A stretch of 63,925 bases of DNA, filler included. It is 8 parts of 8 records of this genome, joined end to end, with 100 filler letters (N's around TTAATTAATTAA, not from the genome) between each part and the next. Parts side by side here need not be neighbours in the genome. Positions count along the whole stretch, not along the records: positions 17,350 to 28,559 come from SRR2962707_2832; positions 28,660 to 39,951 come from SRR2962707_2833; 6 more parts are not named here. The stretch is one strand, 5' to 3'. Position numbers and translations under genes: made by a program. A model generated the notes under the pieces. It worked only from the letters and a program-made list of their open reading frames with translations. It had not been told where the DNA came from and did no database searches. This document shows, in pieces, positions 21,524-31,551 of the stretch. Numbering within the stretch: position 1 is the stretch's first letter; every line of letters begins with the position of its first letter.

Positions 21524-23437
21524 TCAGGATGGAAAACATGTTTCAGGTTTGACGCTGAAGACAAAGATTGTCCGGGATGTTGAGCGCAACTGAGGCAGCG
21601 TTCTCGATGCGAAAATCGGAATATCAATGGCCGTCAGCTGATGTGCGCACCCTGCTTTCTCCAGTTTCTGCATATGGCTCCATATTGACGAGCGACCAGG
21701 TGCCGCAGGGTTGAAGTCCGAGACAACAACATGTGTTATGCCGGTCGTTTCAAGTTGCCTTGCAAAGAGCCTGCTGTCATCGCCAGCTACCTGAACCTGT
21801 GACTGCAGACGCGGGTGGGCCATGAAATGGGGTACTTCCAGAAGATAAAGCCAGTCCCGGTGGGAGACCATCACCCGGTCGGTTGCGGACAGGTGTTCAT
21901 TCAGCCAGATCACGACGTCATAGCCGGAAATGTTCTGCTTCAGAAAAGCTGTTTCGGATTGGTCCGCAAAAAGATAAGCGGTGAATTTCTTGGTGAACAG
22001 AACCTGTCCGGCGACCTGTGTCAGCAGCAGGAGGGCGATACCTGACCAGATCACGAGGCGTGTCGTCGGCAGGGCTGAGGTGAACCGGGCTGCACCGCAG
22101 ATCATGCACAGAAGGATCAGCGGATACACAGGCAACAGAAGACGAACAAGTGTGGTAGGTGTCGTGAAAAACCAGATCGTGTAAAAAATGATACTGCACA
22201 GCATGACCCTGAACAGCGGCGAGCGATGGGTCGTCGTGCTCCGGAATGCGGCAACGCAGGCGAAAGGCGCCAAAATCAGTGCCGCTGGGCCAAGCCCGGT
22301 GCGGAGCGCACTGAATTCCGGCAGGGGGGCGATGATGCTGCGGACCGGATAGGCGACATACCAGAGGAGCGACCGGGGCATCGCGTCGGGGTGTTGCCAC
22401 ATCAATTTTAATTGGTCCGCCATGCCGGCATCCCACTCGAAGCCGGGTTTCAGGGTCAGATATTGCCAAAGCAGCGGATAGATCGGGTCGCCGGTCTGTG
22501 ACCAGTTGAAGATATACCATTGGCTTCCGGCCAGCAGGGCCGCCACGGCGTACAGTGACAGCCTGGCGAACGATCCGTGCGCGCTGATCAGGACCAGACC
22601 TGCCGCCGTCGCAAAGATCAGCCCGGTCATTTTTGATCCGATAAAGAATCCGGCGGCAACGCCGGCGATGATAACCCAGCCGTATGAAATGCGGCGGTCC
22701 CCGGCGCTTTGAACGGCAACAGCGGCGCCATAGGCCGCCAACAGTGCAAACGCGGCGGTGCGGACTTCAACCTGACCTGTACCTGCAGCGTATATGACGG
22801 CGGGTGCGGTCATCAGTATAAGGGTCCCGGCCAACGCCCACGCGCGGCAAACATGCCGTCGTGCCAGGACGTAGAGCAGAATCCCGGGGCTCCATCCCGA
22901 CACCATCGTCCACAAGGGAACGGCTTTTTTGCCGCCCAGGCCCTCGGCCATGCCATAGGTCAGTTGCAATAGAAGCTGCGTCACCCCGTCAATAGCGCGG
23001 GGAATGGCGAAGATGCGTTGCTCCGCCAGGAAAAGACGCGGGGTTTCGAAATGATAGGCCATGCTGTCGGCGTCGGCCGCGGGGGCCAGCGCTTCCATGA
23101 GGTCCATCGACACCACGACCAGGATGCCGATGATCAGCGCCCATTCTGACGGCCCCATCTTTTCCGTACGCGGCGCTGCGGCGGGGATAGATGATTTGAT
23201 ACAAACCAACCCCAGCGTCAGGATGAGCAGGATCGCGATAAATGCCGGGGCGGCATAGACTTCCGCCAGGCCAGCAAAAAAGGCCAGCCATCCGATTGCC
23301 CCGATCCCGAGCACAAATCCGATGGCAAGCCGTTCAGCCAGGCTCAGCCCCCCGAGCAACCCGGCGGCCCTGAGGGTACAAAGGCCGCCACCGATGGCCG
23401 CCATCGACATCCAGAGCGTGATCAGCACAGGTGTCAC
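21524..23437 (-). CDS. Polytopic membrane protein, probable GT-C (ArnT/PMT-like) glycosyltransferase
   Basis: Many hydrophobic segments, a DSMAYH motif in the first external loop, and TGDPIYP. The GTG start overlaps the upstream TGA. Confidence 0.6.
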   Translation of the reverse strand: MTPVLITLWMSMAAIGGGLCTLRAAGLLGGLSLAERLAIGFVLGIGAIGWLAFFAGLAEVYAAPAFIAILLILTLGLVCIKSSIPAAAPRTEKMGPSEWALIIGILVVVSMDLMEALAPAADADSMAYHFETPRLFLAEQRIFAIPRAIDGVTQLLLQLTYGMAEGLGGKKAVPLWTMVSGWSPGILLYVLARRHVCRAWALAGTLILMTAPAVIYAAGTGQVEVRTAAFALLAAYGAAVAVQSAGDRRISYGWVIIAGVAAGFFIGSKMTGLIFATAAGLVLISAHGSFARLSLYAVAALLAGSQWYIFNWSQTGDPIYPLLWQYLTLKPGFEWDAGMADQLKLMWQHPDAMPRSLLWYVAYPVRSIIAPLPEFSALRTGLGPAALILAPFACVAAFRSTTTHRSPLFRVMLCSIIFYTIWFFTTPTTLVRLLLPVYPLILLCMICGAARFTSALPTTRLVIWSGIALLLLTQVAGQVLFTKKFTAYLFADQSETAFLKQNISGYDVVIWLNEHLSATDRVMVSHRDWLYLLEVPHFMAHPRLQSQVQVAGDDSRLFARQLETTGITHVVVSDFNPAAPGRSSIWSHMQKLEKAGCAHQLTAIDIPIFASRTLPQLRSTSRTIFVFSVKPETCFPS

Positions 23438-24411
23438 GACGTTGCGAGACCCAACGCCTGCAATACTGGCCCAAAAAAGTCGCGAAACTGGAAAAGGTAA
23501 GCGCCCAGCATGCCGAAGACCCATAACCCTGTCAGGATCGGCGCCACGGGCTTCAGCGGCGTCAAAGCAACCCGCAGTGTTTCAATGCAGAACCGCAAAG
23601 CATATGCGAATTTTCCGGCAGGCTGTGCGCGTGCGGCTTCCATATATATATAGGCGAACCGCCGCCATACGTCTTTTATACCGCCGCCTCGCACTTTCAA
23701 CGCGGGTAGATAGCGCCACGCGATTTCCCGGCAGCAGGCAATGCGCCGTTCGGTGTGCGTCATGATGCTGCCGTCGACATGGTGATAGCGGGCGAGCGCC
23801 TCACCGAACAGGGTGAAGCGTGTTCCGGGTTCGGCCAGCAGCTTGAGCCACAGATCAAAGTCCTGGGCATTGCGAAGCGTTTCATCGAAACCGCCGGCGG
23901 CGATCACCGCATCGCGTTTTGTGACGACGCTGATGCTCGGGATGTAGCCCTTCAGATACAGGGTGATAAACGGGTCCGGCCCTTCCTCGAAGCGCTGCCG
24001 GCAGTCGATGTGCCGGTCGCCGTCCGGTGTGCTGTCGAGATAGTCATGCGCCACGAGCAGGTAATCACCTTTCTGCATGACCTGCATCGAGCGTTCGAGT
24101 TTGGCCGGCAGCCATTCATCATCGGCATCGAGAAAGGCCAGATACGGCTGTGTCGCCTCGGCGATGGCGCGGTTCCGGGCCGCGCCCGCGCCCTGATTTT
24201 TCTGGGTAATGACGACAAGCCGGATCGCGCCCATGGCGGCACGCATCCGTTCGGCGGCATCCGCGCTGGCGTCTTTCGAGCCATCATCGACAACGATCAC
24301 TTCGGCCGGGGCAAGGCTCTGGGCGGCAATGCTCTGCAGCGCCCGGCCAATCGTCGCCTCGGCGTTGTAGGCCGGAATGATCACGCTGACCGGCGCCGGT
24401 TCAGGCGGCAT
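23434..24411 (-). CDS. GT2 family glycosyltransferase
   Basis: VSVIIPAYNA, VVDDGSKD, AARN, FLDADDEW and QDFDLW. Confidence 0.92.
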   Translation of the reverse strand: MPPEPAPVSVIIPAYNAEATIGRALQSIAAQSLAPAEVIVVDDGSKDASADAAERMRAAMGAIRLVVITQKNQGAGAARNRAIAEATQPYLAFLDADDEWLPAKLERSMQVMQKGDYLLVAHDYLDSTPDGDRHIDCRQRFEEGPDPFITLYLKGYIPSISVVTKRDAVIAAGGFDETLRNAQDFDLWLKLLAEPGTRFTLFGEALARYHHVDGSIMTHTERRIACCREIAWRYLPALKVRGGGIKDVWRRFAYIYMEAARAQPAGKFAYALRFCIETLRVALTPLKPVAPILTGLWVFGMLGAYLFQFRDFFGPVLQALGLATS

Positions 24412-26305
24412 CGGCAATCTCCGTCAAACTCGCCGTCGGCGCAGCTTCGCTGATCGCGCCATCGGTAAAGGTGCGCACGGCCAGTTCCAGCATCAGCAGA
24501 CTGTAGACCCGGTAGGCATGACGCTCGGGCCGGCGCATCAGCTGGCTGATCCCTTCCGCCGTCCACCAGCCGCGATCCAGGGCACGCCGGGACGTCAGCA
24601 ATTTTTGCGCAGCACGCCCGACATCCCCCTTGAACCAGTTCGGCACCGGCGAGACGAAACCCTGCTTCGGGGCATTGATCACGCTGTCCGGCAATAATGA
24701 CCGGGCCATACGGCGCTCCAGGAATTTCTGCTGTCCGCCGGGGGTGCGCACGTCGGAAGAAATGCCGAGCGCAGCCTCGATAAACCGGTGATCCAGGAAC
24801 GGCACCCGGCCTTCGACGCTGACCGCCATACTTGTGCGGTCCAGCAGCGTCAGCAGATCGTCGACCATGTACGTGCCGAGATCGGCGGCCAGTCCGGTGG
24901 TCTGCAGATCAGCGCCGGGATTCTGTGCGGCAAAGGCGCGCGCGGCATCTTCCTGCGCCATCCCGGGCAGCGGCAGAGTATTGCCGATAATGGCCCGGAG
25001 CGGCGGCGGGAAATGTGTGCTGTGCTGATGCAGATACGCACCCCGAGATGAACCATAGAGTTCCGCCCGGCCCAGCTGCCAGGCCCGCATCGGTGACAGG
25101 GTGCTGATCAGCGGTTCGATCAGGCCGTGCCGCAAGGCGGTGGGCAGACAAAGATACTTCCGTTCCACCGGCAATTGGAAATAGCGCCCATACCCGGCGA
25201 ACAGTTCGTCACCGCCGGTACCGTTCAGCGAGACGGTGACGTGTTCGCCGAGCGCGCGTTCGATCAGAAAATTCGGCAGCACTGCCGCATCGTTCAACGG
25301 CTCTTCCGTATACCAGGCCAGCGCCGGCAGATGTTTCGCGGCGTCAAAGGCGTCGACATCGATGACCGTGTGGTCGGTGCCGTAGCGTTCGGAAACAGCG
25401 GCCGCCAGCGGGCTTTCGTCGACGCCGCCCGGAAACCGTGCGGTGAAAGTCTTCAGGGCGTGCGGCGTGTGTTTGGCGGCCAGCGCCACAACCAGACCGC
25501 TGTCGATCCCCCCCGACAATAACAGACCGACCGGCACATCGCTTCTGAGCTGCAGACGGACACTGTCTTCGAGCAGGTCCAGAAGGTATCTGTCCAGCTC
25601 CGGGCCATCCGGCGGGAGATCGTCTGCCGGTGCCGGTTGCCAGTAAGGGGCGATCACCATCTCGCCGTCCGCGTCGATACTGAGCCGGTGTCCCGGCTGC
25701 AGTTTGTGGATACCCTTGAACAGGGTGTCCGGCGCGGGGACATAGCCGTGCGCCAGATAGGCGGAAACCGCCCGCTCATCGATCTCGGCGGTGATCAGGC
25801 CGGTTGCGAACAGGGGCTTGATCTCGGAGGCGTAGATAATGCCGCCCGAAGGAATCTCCGCCCAGTACAGCGGCTTGACCCCGGCCCGGTCGCGGACGAG
25901 TTCCAGCCTGTGTGCCTTGCCGTCGTAGAGCGCGAGCGCGTACATGCCGTTGAGCTCGTCGACATAGGCGTCCCCGCGTGCCGTGCTCGCGGCGAGGACC
26001 GCTTCCATGTCGCCTGCGGTCCGGTAGGGATAACCGTCGAAGCGCTTTCTGAGTTCGAGATAGTTGTATATCTCGCCGTTGCCGCTCAGCACCCGCCCGC
26101 CGATTTCATCGACCAGCGGCTGATCACCGGTCTTCAGGTCAATGATCGCCAACCGGCGGAACGCGGTGCGATAACGTCTGTCCGGGCTGTCCCAGAAGCC
26201 GTCTCCGTCCGGGCCGCGATGGCGCATGAACGACAGCATGTGCGTCATGTCGATGTCGGGGACCGGGCAGTCCCGGGGAATATACATGCCGGCGATGCCG
26301 CACAT
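24401..26305 (-). CDS. asnB: Asparagine synthase (glutamine-hydrolysing)-like amidotransferase
   Basis: MCGIAG, HRGPD, NGEIYNY, LSGGIDS, GGDELFAGY and VEGRVPFLD. In a polysaccharide cluster, so probably a sugar amidase/amidotransferase (inference). Confidence 0.92.
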   Translation of the reverse strand: MCGIAGMYIPRDCPVPDIDMTHMLSFMRHRGPDGDGFWDSPDRRYRTAFRRLAIIDLKTGDQPLVDEIGGRVLSGNGEIYNYLELRKRFDGYPYRTAGDMEAVLAASTARGDAYVDELNGMYALALYDGKAHRLELVRDRAGVKPLYWAEIPSGGIIYASEIKPLFATGLITAEIDERAVSAYLAHGYVPAPDTLFKGIHKLQPGHRLSIDADGEMVIAPYWQPAPADDLPPDGPELDRYLLDLLEDSVRLQLRSDVPVGLLLSGGIDSGLVVALAAKHTPHALKTFTARFPGGVDESPLAAAVSERYGTDHTVIDVDAFDAAKHLPALAWYTEEPLNDAAVLPNFLIERALGEHVTVSLNGTGGDELFAGYGRYFQLPVERKYLCLPTALRHGLIEPLISTLSPMRAWQLGRAELYGSSRGAYLHQHSTHFPPPLRAIIGNTLPLPGMAQEDAARAFAAQNPGADLQTTGLAADLGTYMVDDLLTLLDRTSMAVSVEGRVPFLDHRFIEAALGISSDVRTPGGQQKFLERRMARSLLPDSVINAPKQGFVSPVPNWFKGDVGRAAQKLLTSRRALDRGWWTAEGISQLMRRPERHAYRVYSLLMLELAVRTFTDGAISEAAPTASLTEIADAA

Positions 26306-28026
26306 CAGGCGATCTCCCGAACCGTGATGACGCCGGACCACGGCAGCGGTGCACGGGTTTCGAACACGATGCGCGTCGCAGGTGTGCCGGTGTGATACGC
26401 CTGCCAGACGGTCACGTTGTCCAGACGCGGTTCGGCATCCTGGCAGCTGACCGCGATACGACCGTCGATGACGGCGGCACCGTTTTCGATACGGACGTCC
26501 AGGGGCGTCACCAGGGCACGCTCGATGGTGTGGGCGTGACGGGACTTGTCCTTGCCGGATATGCCATCTTCGATCCGAAACCCGGTATCGTCGAAGTGCC
26601 AGCGCCGGCGTACATCGTCTGCGCCGAGGCGGCGATAGCCGCCGTGCGCGATGGTGAAGCCGTCAGCGTGGATCATCGCTGCCGCCGGCCCGGCATGACG
26701 GGCGCGGAAGGCGTCATCGTAATAGGGTTTGTTGGGTGGATAGGGGTCGGCGCCGTCGATGCGGAGCGTCCCGTGCACGGCGGCGGAACGATACAGCGCC
26801 GCGTCCCCTTCCTCGCCGTAACACCCCCGTCCCGGATCGACGAACAGCGGCTTGCCGTCCAGGTGCACTTCGGCGCTGCCCATGTCCTGATGCGCATGAC
26901 CGGGCATGAACGGCCAGCCCGCGTCGGGCACATGCGCCAGCGCCGACCAGCGGCCGAACACCGCCCGAAGCCAGCCGTCGCGCAGCGAAGCTTCGCTTGC
27001 CGGGGTATCGACGATGTCCGCCAGCGATTTCAGGCGCTCACGGTCATCGGTATCCAGTGTTGCCGCCCATGCCCCGTTGCCGGTCTCAAGACCGGTCAGG
27101 AACGACGGCGGACAGTCGGGCGAGATATCGCCGATGCAGGGCAGTCCGCCCGGCAGCACAAGATGCCGCGCCGCTTCCATCAGTTCACCGGCAATGGCGC
27201 GCAGCGTGGCGGCATCCGTATCATGTCCGTGCCGTACGGCGGCGAACCAGACATCGAGATAGTTTTTGAGATACAGCAGATGATAATGTGACGATCCTTC
27301 GCGGAGCGTCCCGCCCGGCAGAAAAATCCGGGTCGCTTCGCGGGTGAGAATTTCGAATCCGAGCCTGCGGGTCGCGTCATCCCCGAGCGCAGCCCCGATC
27401 CGGTATAGCCCGCGGCCGTTGTTGGCGAGATGGTTGGACGTATCGTGATCACCGAAATATTCCAGCCGTTCGGAAATCAGGACCGCGTGGCGGGCAAGAT
27501 CGGCAGCAAGTTCTTCCGGTGCATACGGAAGTCCCATTCGGCGTATCGCATCGATGATATTGATGGCGCGTTCCGCGGCCGTATAGGGATGCCAGTGCAT
27601 GCCGTCCTGCGCCGCATCGCCGGCAATGAAGCGGCGCCGCCAGGTCTGCCAGCACTGGGCGAAAACCGGCGCGGATATGCCGGCGCACATGGGCAGCCAG
27701 GCGAACCGGTGACGGGCGAGATCAACCTCGATATCGGGGACGGGCTGATCAAAGAACGCATCGGCGTCTTCGGGATCGAAGGGGATTTCAACGCCCGCCA
27801 GCGGCAACGTGACAGGCGCAGATACCGGACCGTTGGCGATCCGCGTCGCCGCACCCGGCCAGACAGCATGGGGGCTTTCCAGCGGCAGCATGTCCCACAG
27901 ATACGGCGGCAGATGCGGAGCGAACGGCGGCGGTGCCGGTTGCAGGGAAAGGGCGCGGCGAAATAGCCAGGCGCGCAATACGGGGTCGGCGCAGAGTTGT
28001 GAGAGTTTGCGTTTGAGGGCGTGCAA
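26305..28026 (-). CDS. Heparinase II/III-like protein
   Basis: WHPYTAAER, SNHLANN, EGSSHYH, GHAHQD and VDPG..Y patterns. Confidence 0.78.
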   Translation of the reverse strand: MHALKRKLSQLCADPVLRAWLFRRALSLQPAPPPFAPHLPPYLWDMLPLESPHAVWPGAATRIANGPVSAPVTLPLAGVEIPFDPEDADAFFDQPVPDIEVDLARHRFAWLPMCAGISAPVFAQCWQTWRRRFIAGDAAQDGMHWHPYTAAERAINIIDAIRRMGLPYAPEELAADLARHAVLISERLEYFGDHDTSNHLANNGRGLYRIGAALGDDATRRLGFEILTREATRIFLPGGTLREGSSHYHLLYLKNYLDVWFAAVRHGHDTDAATLRAIAGELMEAARHLVLPGGLPCIGDISPDCPPSFLTGLETGNGAWAATLDTDDRERLKSLADIVDTPASEASLRDGWLRAVFGRWSALAHVPDAGWPFMPGHAHQDMGSAEVHLDGKPLFVDPGRGCYGEEGDAALYRSAAVHGTLRIDGADPYPPNKPYYDDAFRARHAGPAAAMIHADGFTIAHGGYRRLGADDVRRRWHFDDTGFRIEDGISGKDKSRHAHTIERALVTPLDVRIENGAAVIDGRIAVSCQDAEPRLDNVTVWQAYHTGTPATRIVFETRAPLPWSGVITVREIA

Positions 28027-28028
28027 AA

Positions 28029-28559
28029 CTACCAGCGGCCCGGTGGGAAGATGCCCGGCTCCGGGACCCGGTGCTCGTCCAGCCCGCGGATCGCCGCCCG
28101 GCCCATTGCCAGGATCGCTTCGCCGGCGCTGCCGCCGATATGCGGCGTGGCGAGAAAATTGGGCAGGGTCAGAAGCTCTTCGTCCTCGGGCGGCTCGCAG
28201 GCGAAAACATCGAACGCGGCGGCGCTCAAAGAGCTGTCCATCAGGGCCGCCTTCAATCCCCCCTCATCGACAAGACCGCCCCGCGCGGTATTGATCAGAA
28301 CCGCGCCCGGCTTCATGGCGCCCAGGCGTGCGGCGTCCAGAATATTCTCGGTCGTCGTGTCCAGCGGCAGATGCAGACTGACGACATCGCTTTCCTCAAG
28401 CAACGTCTCCAGCGATGTCGCGATGAGCCCGTGCTCGGCGTTGAAGTCGGAAAATTCAACCTGATCATGAACCATCACGTCGCAGCCGAAACCGTTGCGC
28501 AGCATGACCGCAAGTTCCTTGCCGACGTGGCCGCAGCCGACGATGCCGACCGTGCAATC
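28029..28559 (-). CDS. D-isomer 2-hydroxyacid dehydrogenase, SerA-like (5'-truncated)
   Basis: GIVGCGHVG, SLHLPL, INTARGGLVDE, DVFACEP and TPHIGG. Confidence 0.88.
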   Translation of the reverse strand, partial: DCTVGIVGCGHVGKELAVMLRNGFGCDVMVHDQVEFSDFNAEHGLIATSLETLLEESDVVSLHLPLDTTTENILDAARLGAMKPGAVLINTARGGLVDEGGLKAALMDSSLSAAAFDVFACEPPEDEELLTLPNFLATPHIGGSAGEAILAMGRAAIRGLDEHRVPEPGIFPPGRW

Positions 28560-28659
28560 NNNNNNNNNNNNNNNNNNNNNNNNNNNNNNNNNNNNNNNNN
28601 NNNTTAATTAATTAANNNNNNNNNNNNNNNNNNNNNNNNNNNNNNNNNNNNNNNNNNNN
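28560..28659. other. Artificial contig spacer
   Basis: N run + TTAATTAATTAA + N run. Confidence 0.99.
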
Positions 28660-28909
28660 CAACACCCTTTTTCGTAAATCTGTCATTTTCTTTGACCAAA
28701 CGGGAAAAATCCGTCGGCCCGTATTACGAAAGCCCGGAAAGCCGCGATCTTGAGCAATTTGGAGGCCGAAGGGTTTCCAATATGAGGCTGATGGAGATCT
28801 CCGGAGCAGTTCCTCATCCGCAGCCTTCGACAGCCACAGGCATATATAAAAATATCTTTCACAAATGAATATCTCGAATTAGGCTTTGATCAACATAAGG
28901 GAGAGAGTG

Positions 28910-30040
28910 GTGACTGTTCGTGTTGAATTGAGAGGGATGACCTGGTCCGATCCGCGCGGATATGATCCGGTCGTTGCAGCAGCCAGTGCCTTCGCGGCAA
29001 CGCACCCGGGCATTACCATCACCTGGGACAAGCGATCGCTGCAGGGGTTTGAGACAACGCCTGTTGATGAACTCGCAGCAAACTATGATCTGATGGTGAT
29101 CGATCACCCTCATGTCGGTTCGGTGGCTGATCAGGGCTGCCTTCTGCCGTTTGAGACCCACGCCAGCGAAGATGCTCTGGGGGAACTCGCCAACCAGTCT
29201 GTCGGCCGCAGCTTCCAGAGCTATTTCCTGCATGGCAAGCAATGGGCCCTGCCGATTGATGCCGCGACGCAAGTTCAGGCCCACCGTGCCGACTTGTCAC
29301 CGCGCGTCCAGAGCTGGACAGACGTGATCCGCAAGGCCGAGGACGGACATGTGATCTGGCCTCTTCGATCGCCGCATGTGCTGATGAGTTTCTACACGCT
29401 GACGGCAAATCTCGGCCATCCCTGCGCAACAAGCTATGGCGATCTCATCGACAGCCGAACCGGGCTGCAGGTTTTCGAGCAGTTGTGCGCAGTCTCACGA
29501 CATATGGATGAGGCCTTTTACACCATGGACCCGATCGCAGTTCTGGATGAACTGTCCCAGTCCGACCACTATCACCTTGCGCCGCTTGTCTATCTCTACA
29601 AGGGTTATGCCAATGAGGGCTACCGCGCCAACCGGATCAGCTTTACCGACATGCCGGTGCTCGGACGCAACGGACCTTTGGGGTCGGCCCTTGGCGGCAC
29701 GGGAATCGCAATCTCGTCAAAGACCGCTCACCCGGAACTCTGCACTGAATTCGCCCTGTGGCTGGCCGGCGCAGAATGTCAGTCCGCACTCTATGTCAAA
29801 GCCAACGGCCAGCCGGGAAATGCACTGGCCTGGAGCAATCCAATCGTCAACGCTCCCGTGCTTGATGCCTATTACAACACCCGTCTGACCCACGAGACTG
29901 CCTGGCTGCGCCCGCGCCATGACGGCTATATGCGGTTTCAGGAAGAAGGCTCGGAGATCGTCGCCGATGCATTGCGCGGCCGCATGCAGCCCGAAACGGC
30001 AGTGGATCGGCTCAATGAGCGGTTTCGCGCCAGCTTCTGA
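28910..30040 (+). CDS. Sugar-type ABC solute-binding-fold protein with no evident signal peptide
   Basis: LRGMTW..PRG, YDLMVIDHP, ALPIDAA and LGGTGIAISS. GTG start (28907 or 28910) follows AAGGGAGAG. Confidence 0.72.
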   Translation: MTVRVELRGMTWSDPRGYDPVVAAASAFAATHPGITITWDKRSLQGFETTPVDELAANYDLMVIDHPHVGSVADQGCLLPFETHASEDALGELANQSVGRSFQSYFLHGKQWALPIDAATQVQAHRADLSPRVQSWTDVIRKAEDGHVIWPLRSPHVLMSFYTLTANLGHPCATSYGDLIDSRTGLQVFEQLCAVSRHMDEAFYTMDPIAVLDELSQSDHYHLAPLVYLYKGYANEGYRANRISFTDMPVLGRNGPLGSALGGTGIAISSKTAHPELCTEFALWLAGAECQSALYVKANGQPGNALAWSNPIVNAPVLDAYYNTRLTHETAWLRPRHDGYMRFQEEGSEIVADALRGRMQPETAVDRLNERFRASF

Positions 30041-30113
30041 TACGATTTGCGAAAACCGGCAGCCGGGTGGTTTGAAGCATGCAACAGCGCATCACTGCAC
30101 TTCGGCAACACGA

Positions 30114-31550
30114 TCAATCAGGGTTTTTCCCATGCAAGCAACCAGCGGCGACCAGTGTCCCCGCGGCGTCGCCGGCGACAGAGCCGAACCCAATGGCCGT
30201 CAACAGGCCGTTGCCGGACAGATAGCCCGACACATCGGGACCGGAAACACCGCAGGCCGCCCCGCCCCCGGCAAACAGGTTGGCGAAGGGCGTGCCGTCT
30301 TCGCGTACCACCCGGGCCTGGTCATCGATCATCAACCCGCCCTGGGTGTGAAACAGCGCCCCTGTCACCTTCACCGCATAAAACGGCGCGGCCAGTGCCG
30401 GTTTGCCGGTGAAATCACGGCCAAACGGATCTGCGGCTTCACCGGATTGACAGCTCGCCACCTCGGCCAGCGTCGCTTTCAGCGCCGCCTCGGGCAGGCC
30501 AATGACGCGCGCAAGCTCACCCACGTCTGCCGCCTCGCGGATGGCCCCGCCGGCCATTGCCTCCTGGTAATCCGGAAAGCCCTTGGCAAAGGTGTGCAGC
30601 CGCGCATCAAAAATGTTCCAGGCAATGCCACCCGGCTGCGCCAACACATTGACGGCCTGCTCCGAATAGCCGCCATGCTCATTGGAAAAGCGCGCACCGT
30701 CCGCGTTGACGTGAATGCCCCCCTCCATCATCAGCGCCCAGGAAATCAGGATGCCATGTGGATGGGCCAGCGAGCCGTGCCCCTGATAGCCTGAAAGATG
30801 ATTGATGCACGCGCCCAGCGTCTCGCCCCAGATCAGCGCATCCCCGGTATTGCCCTGATGACCGTAATAAAGCCCGTCCGCGATTTCAGGGATATGCTGG
30901 CGCACCAGTTCGGGATTGCCGCCAAAGCCGTTGCAAGCGAGCACCAGAGCGCCGCAACCGAGAATTTCCGTAGCCCCATCCGGCCGGGTGATTTCGACCG
31001 CTGCAATCCTGTCTCCATCCGCTGAATACAATTTGGTCGCATGCGCTTCCGTGACAACCGCTATGCCCGCCGCCTCGACTGCAGCCAGCAACCGTGCTTC
31101 CAGCGCGGCCCCGGTCTTCTCGGGCACCGCGTGCATTCTGTGCCGCGAATGACCGGGATAGAGGAAATCATCGAGCACGATCCATTCGAGCCCATGGGCG
31201 TCAGCCAGCCATTCAAGCGCCGGGCCAATACTGACGCTGGCAAGCCTTGCAAGCGAAGCCGCAGATTTGCCCTTGGATTTGGACAGAATGTCAGCCTCGA
31301 ACCGCAAAGGCGTGTCATCCTTAACGCCAATCGCACGCTGAAACCGGGTCGCGGGCGCGGGAACAAACCCCGACGACATCGAGGTCGAGCCGGAGGGTGA
31401 CGCGTCGCGCTCCAGCACCATGACTTCGGCGCCTGTCGATTTGGCGCGCAGTGCAGCGACCAACCCGCAGGCACCCGCGCCAATGACAACGACATCCACT
31501 TCCGCGTCGATGCGCTCGGGCATATCCCGCGTGATCAGACCGCCGCTCAT
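30114..31550 (-). CDS. FAD-dependent oxidoreductase (fumarate reductase flavoprotein / TcuA / KstD family)
   Basis: DVVVIGAGACG, GSTSMSSG, HTQGGL, NLFAGG and YLSGNGL. Confidence 0.85.
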   Translation of the reverse strand: MSGGLITRDMPERIDAEVDVVVIGAGACGLVAALRAKSTGAEVMVLERDASPSGSTSMSSGFVPAPATRFQRAIGVKDDTPLRFEADILSKSKGKSAASLARLASVSIGPALEWLADAHGLEWIVLDDFLYPGHSRHRMHAVPEKTGAALEARLLAAVEAAGIAVVTEAHATKLYSADGDRIAAVEITRPDGATEILGCGALVLACNGFGGNPELVRQHIPEIADGLYYGHQGNTGDALIWGETLGACINHLSGYQGHGSLAHPHGILISWALMMEGGIHVNADGARFSNEHGGYSEQAVNVLAQPGGIAWNIFDARLHTFAKGFPDYQEAMAGGAIREAADVGELARVIGLPEAALKATLAEVASCQSGEAADPFGRDFTGKPALAAPFYAVKVTGALFHTQGGLMIDDQARVVREDGTPFANLFAGGGAACGVSGPDVSGYLSGNGLLTAIGFGSVAGDAAGTLVAAGCLHGKNPD

Positions 31551-31551
31551 C

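Noticed and set aside
28660-28860. Possible riboswitch or sRNA upstream of the binding-protein gene (TTTCGTAA/TTACGAAA and AGGCTG/CAGCCT pairings)
   Set aside because: Only short complementarities with no Rfam consensus I can recognise; an Infernal scan would be needed.
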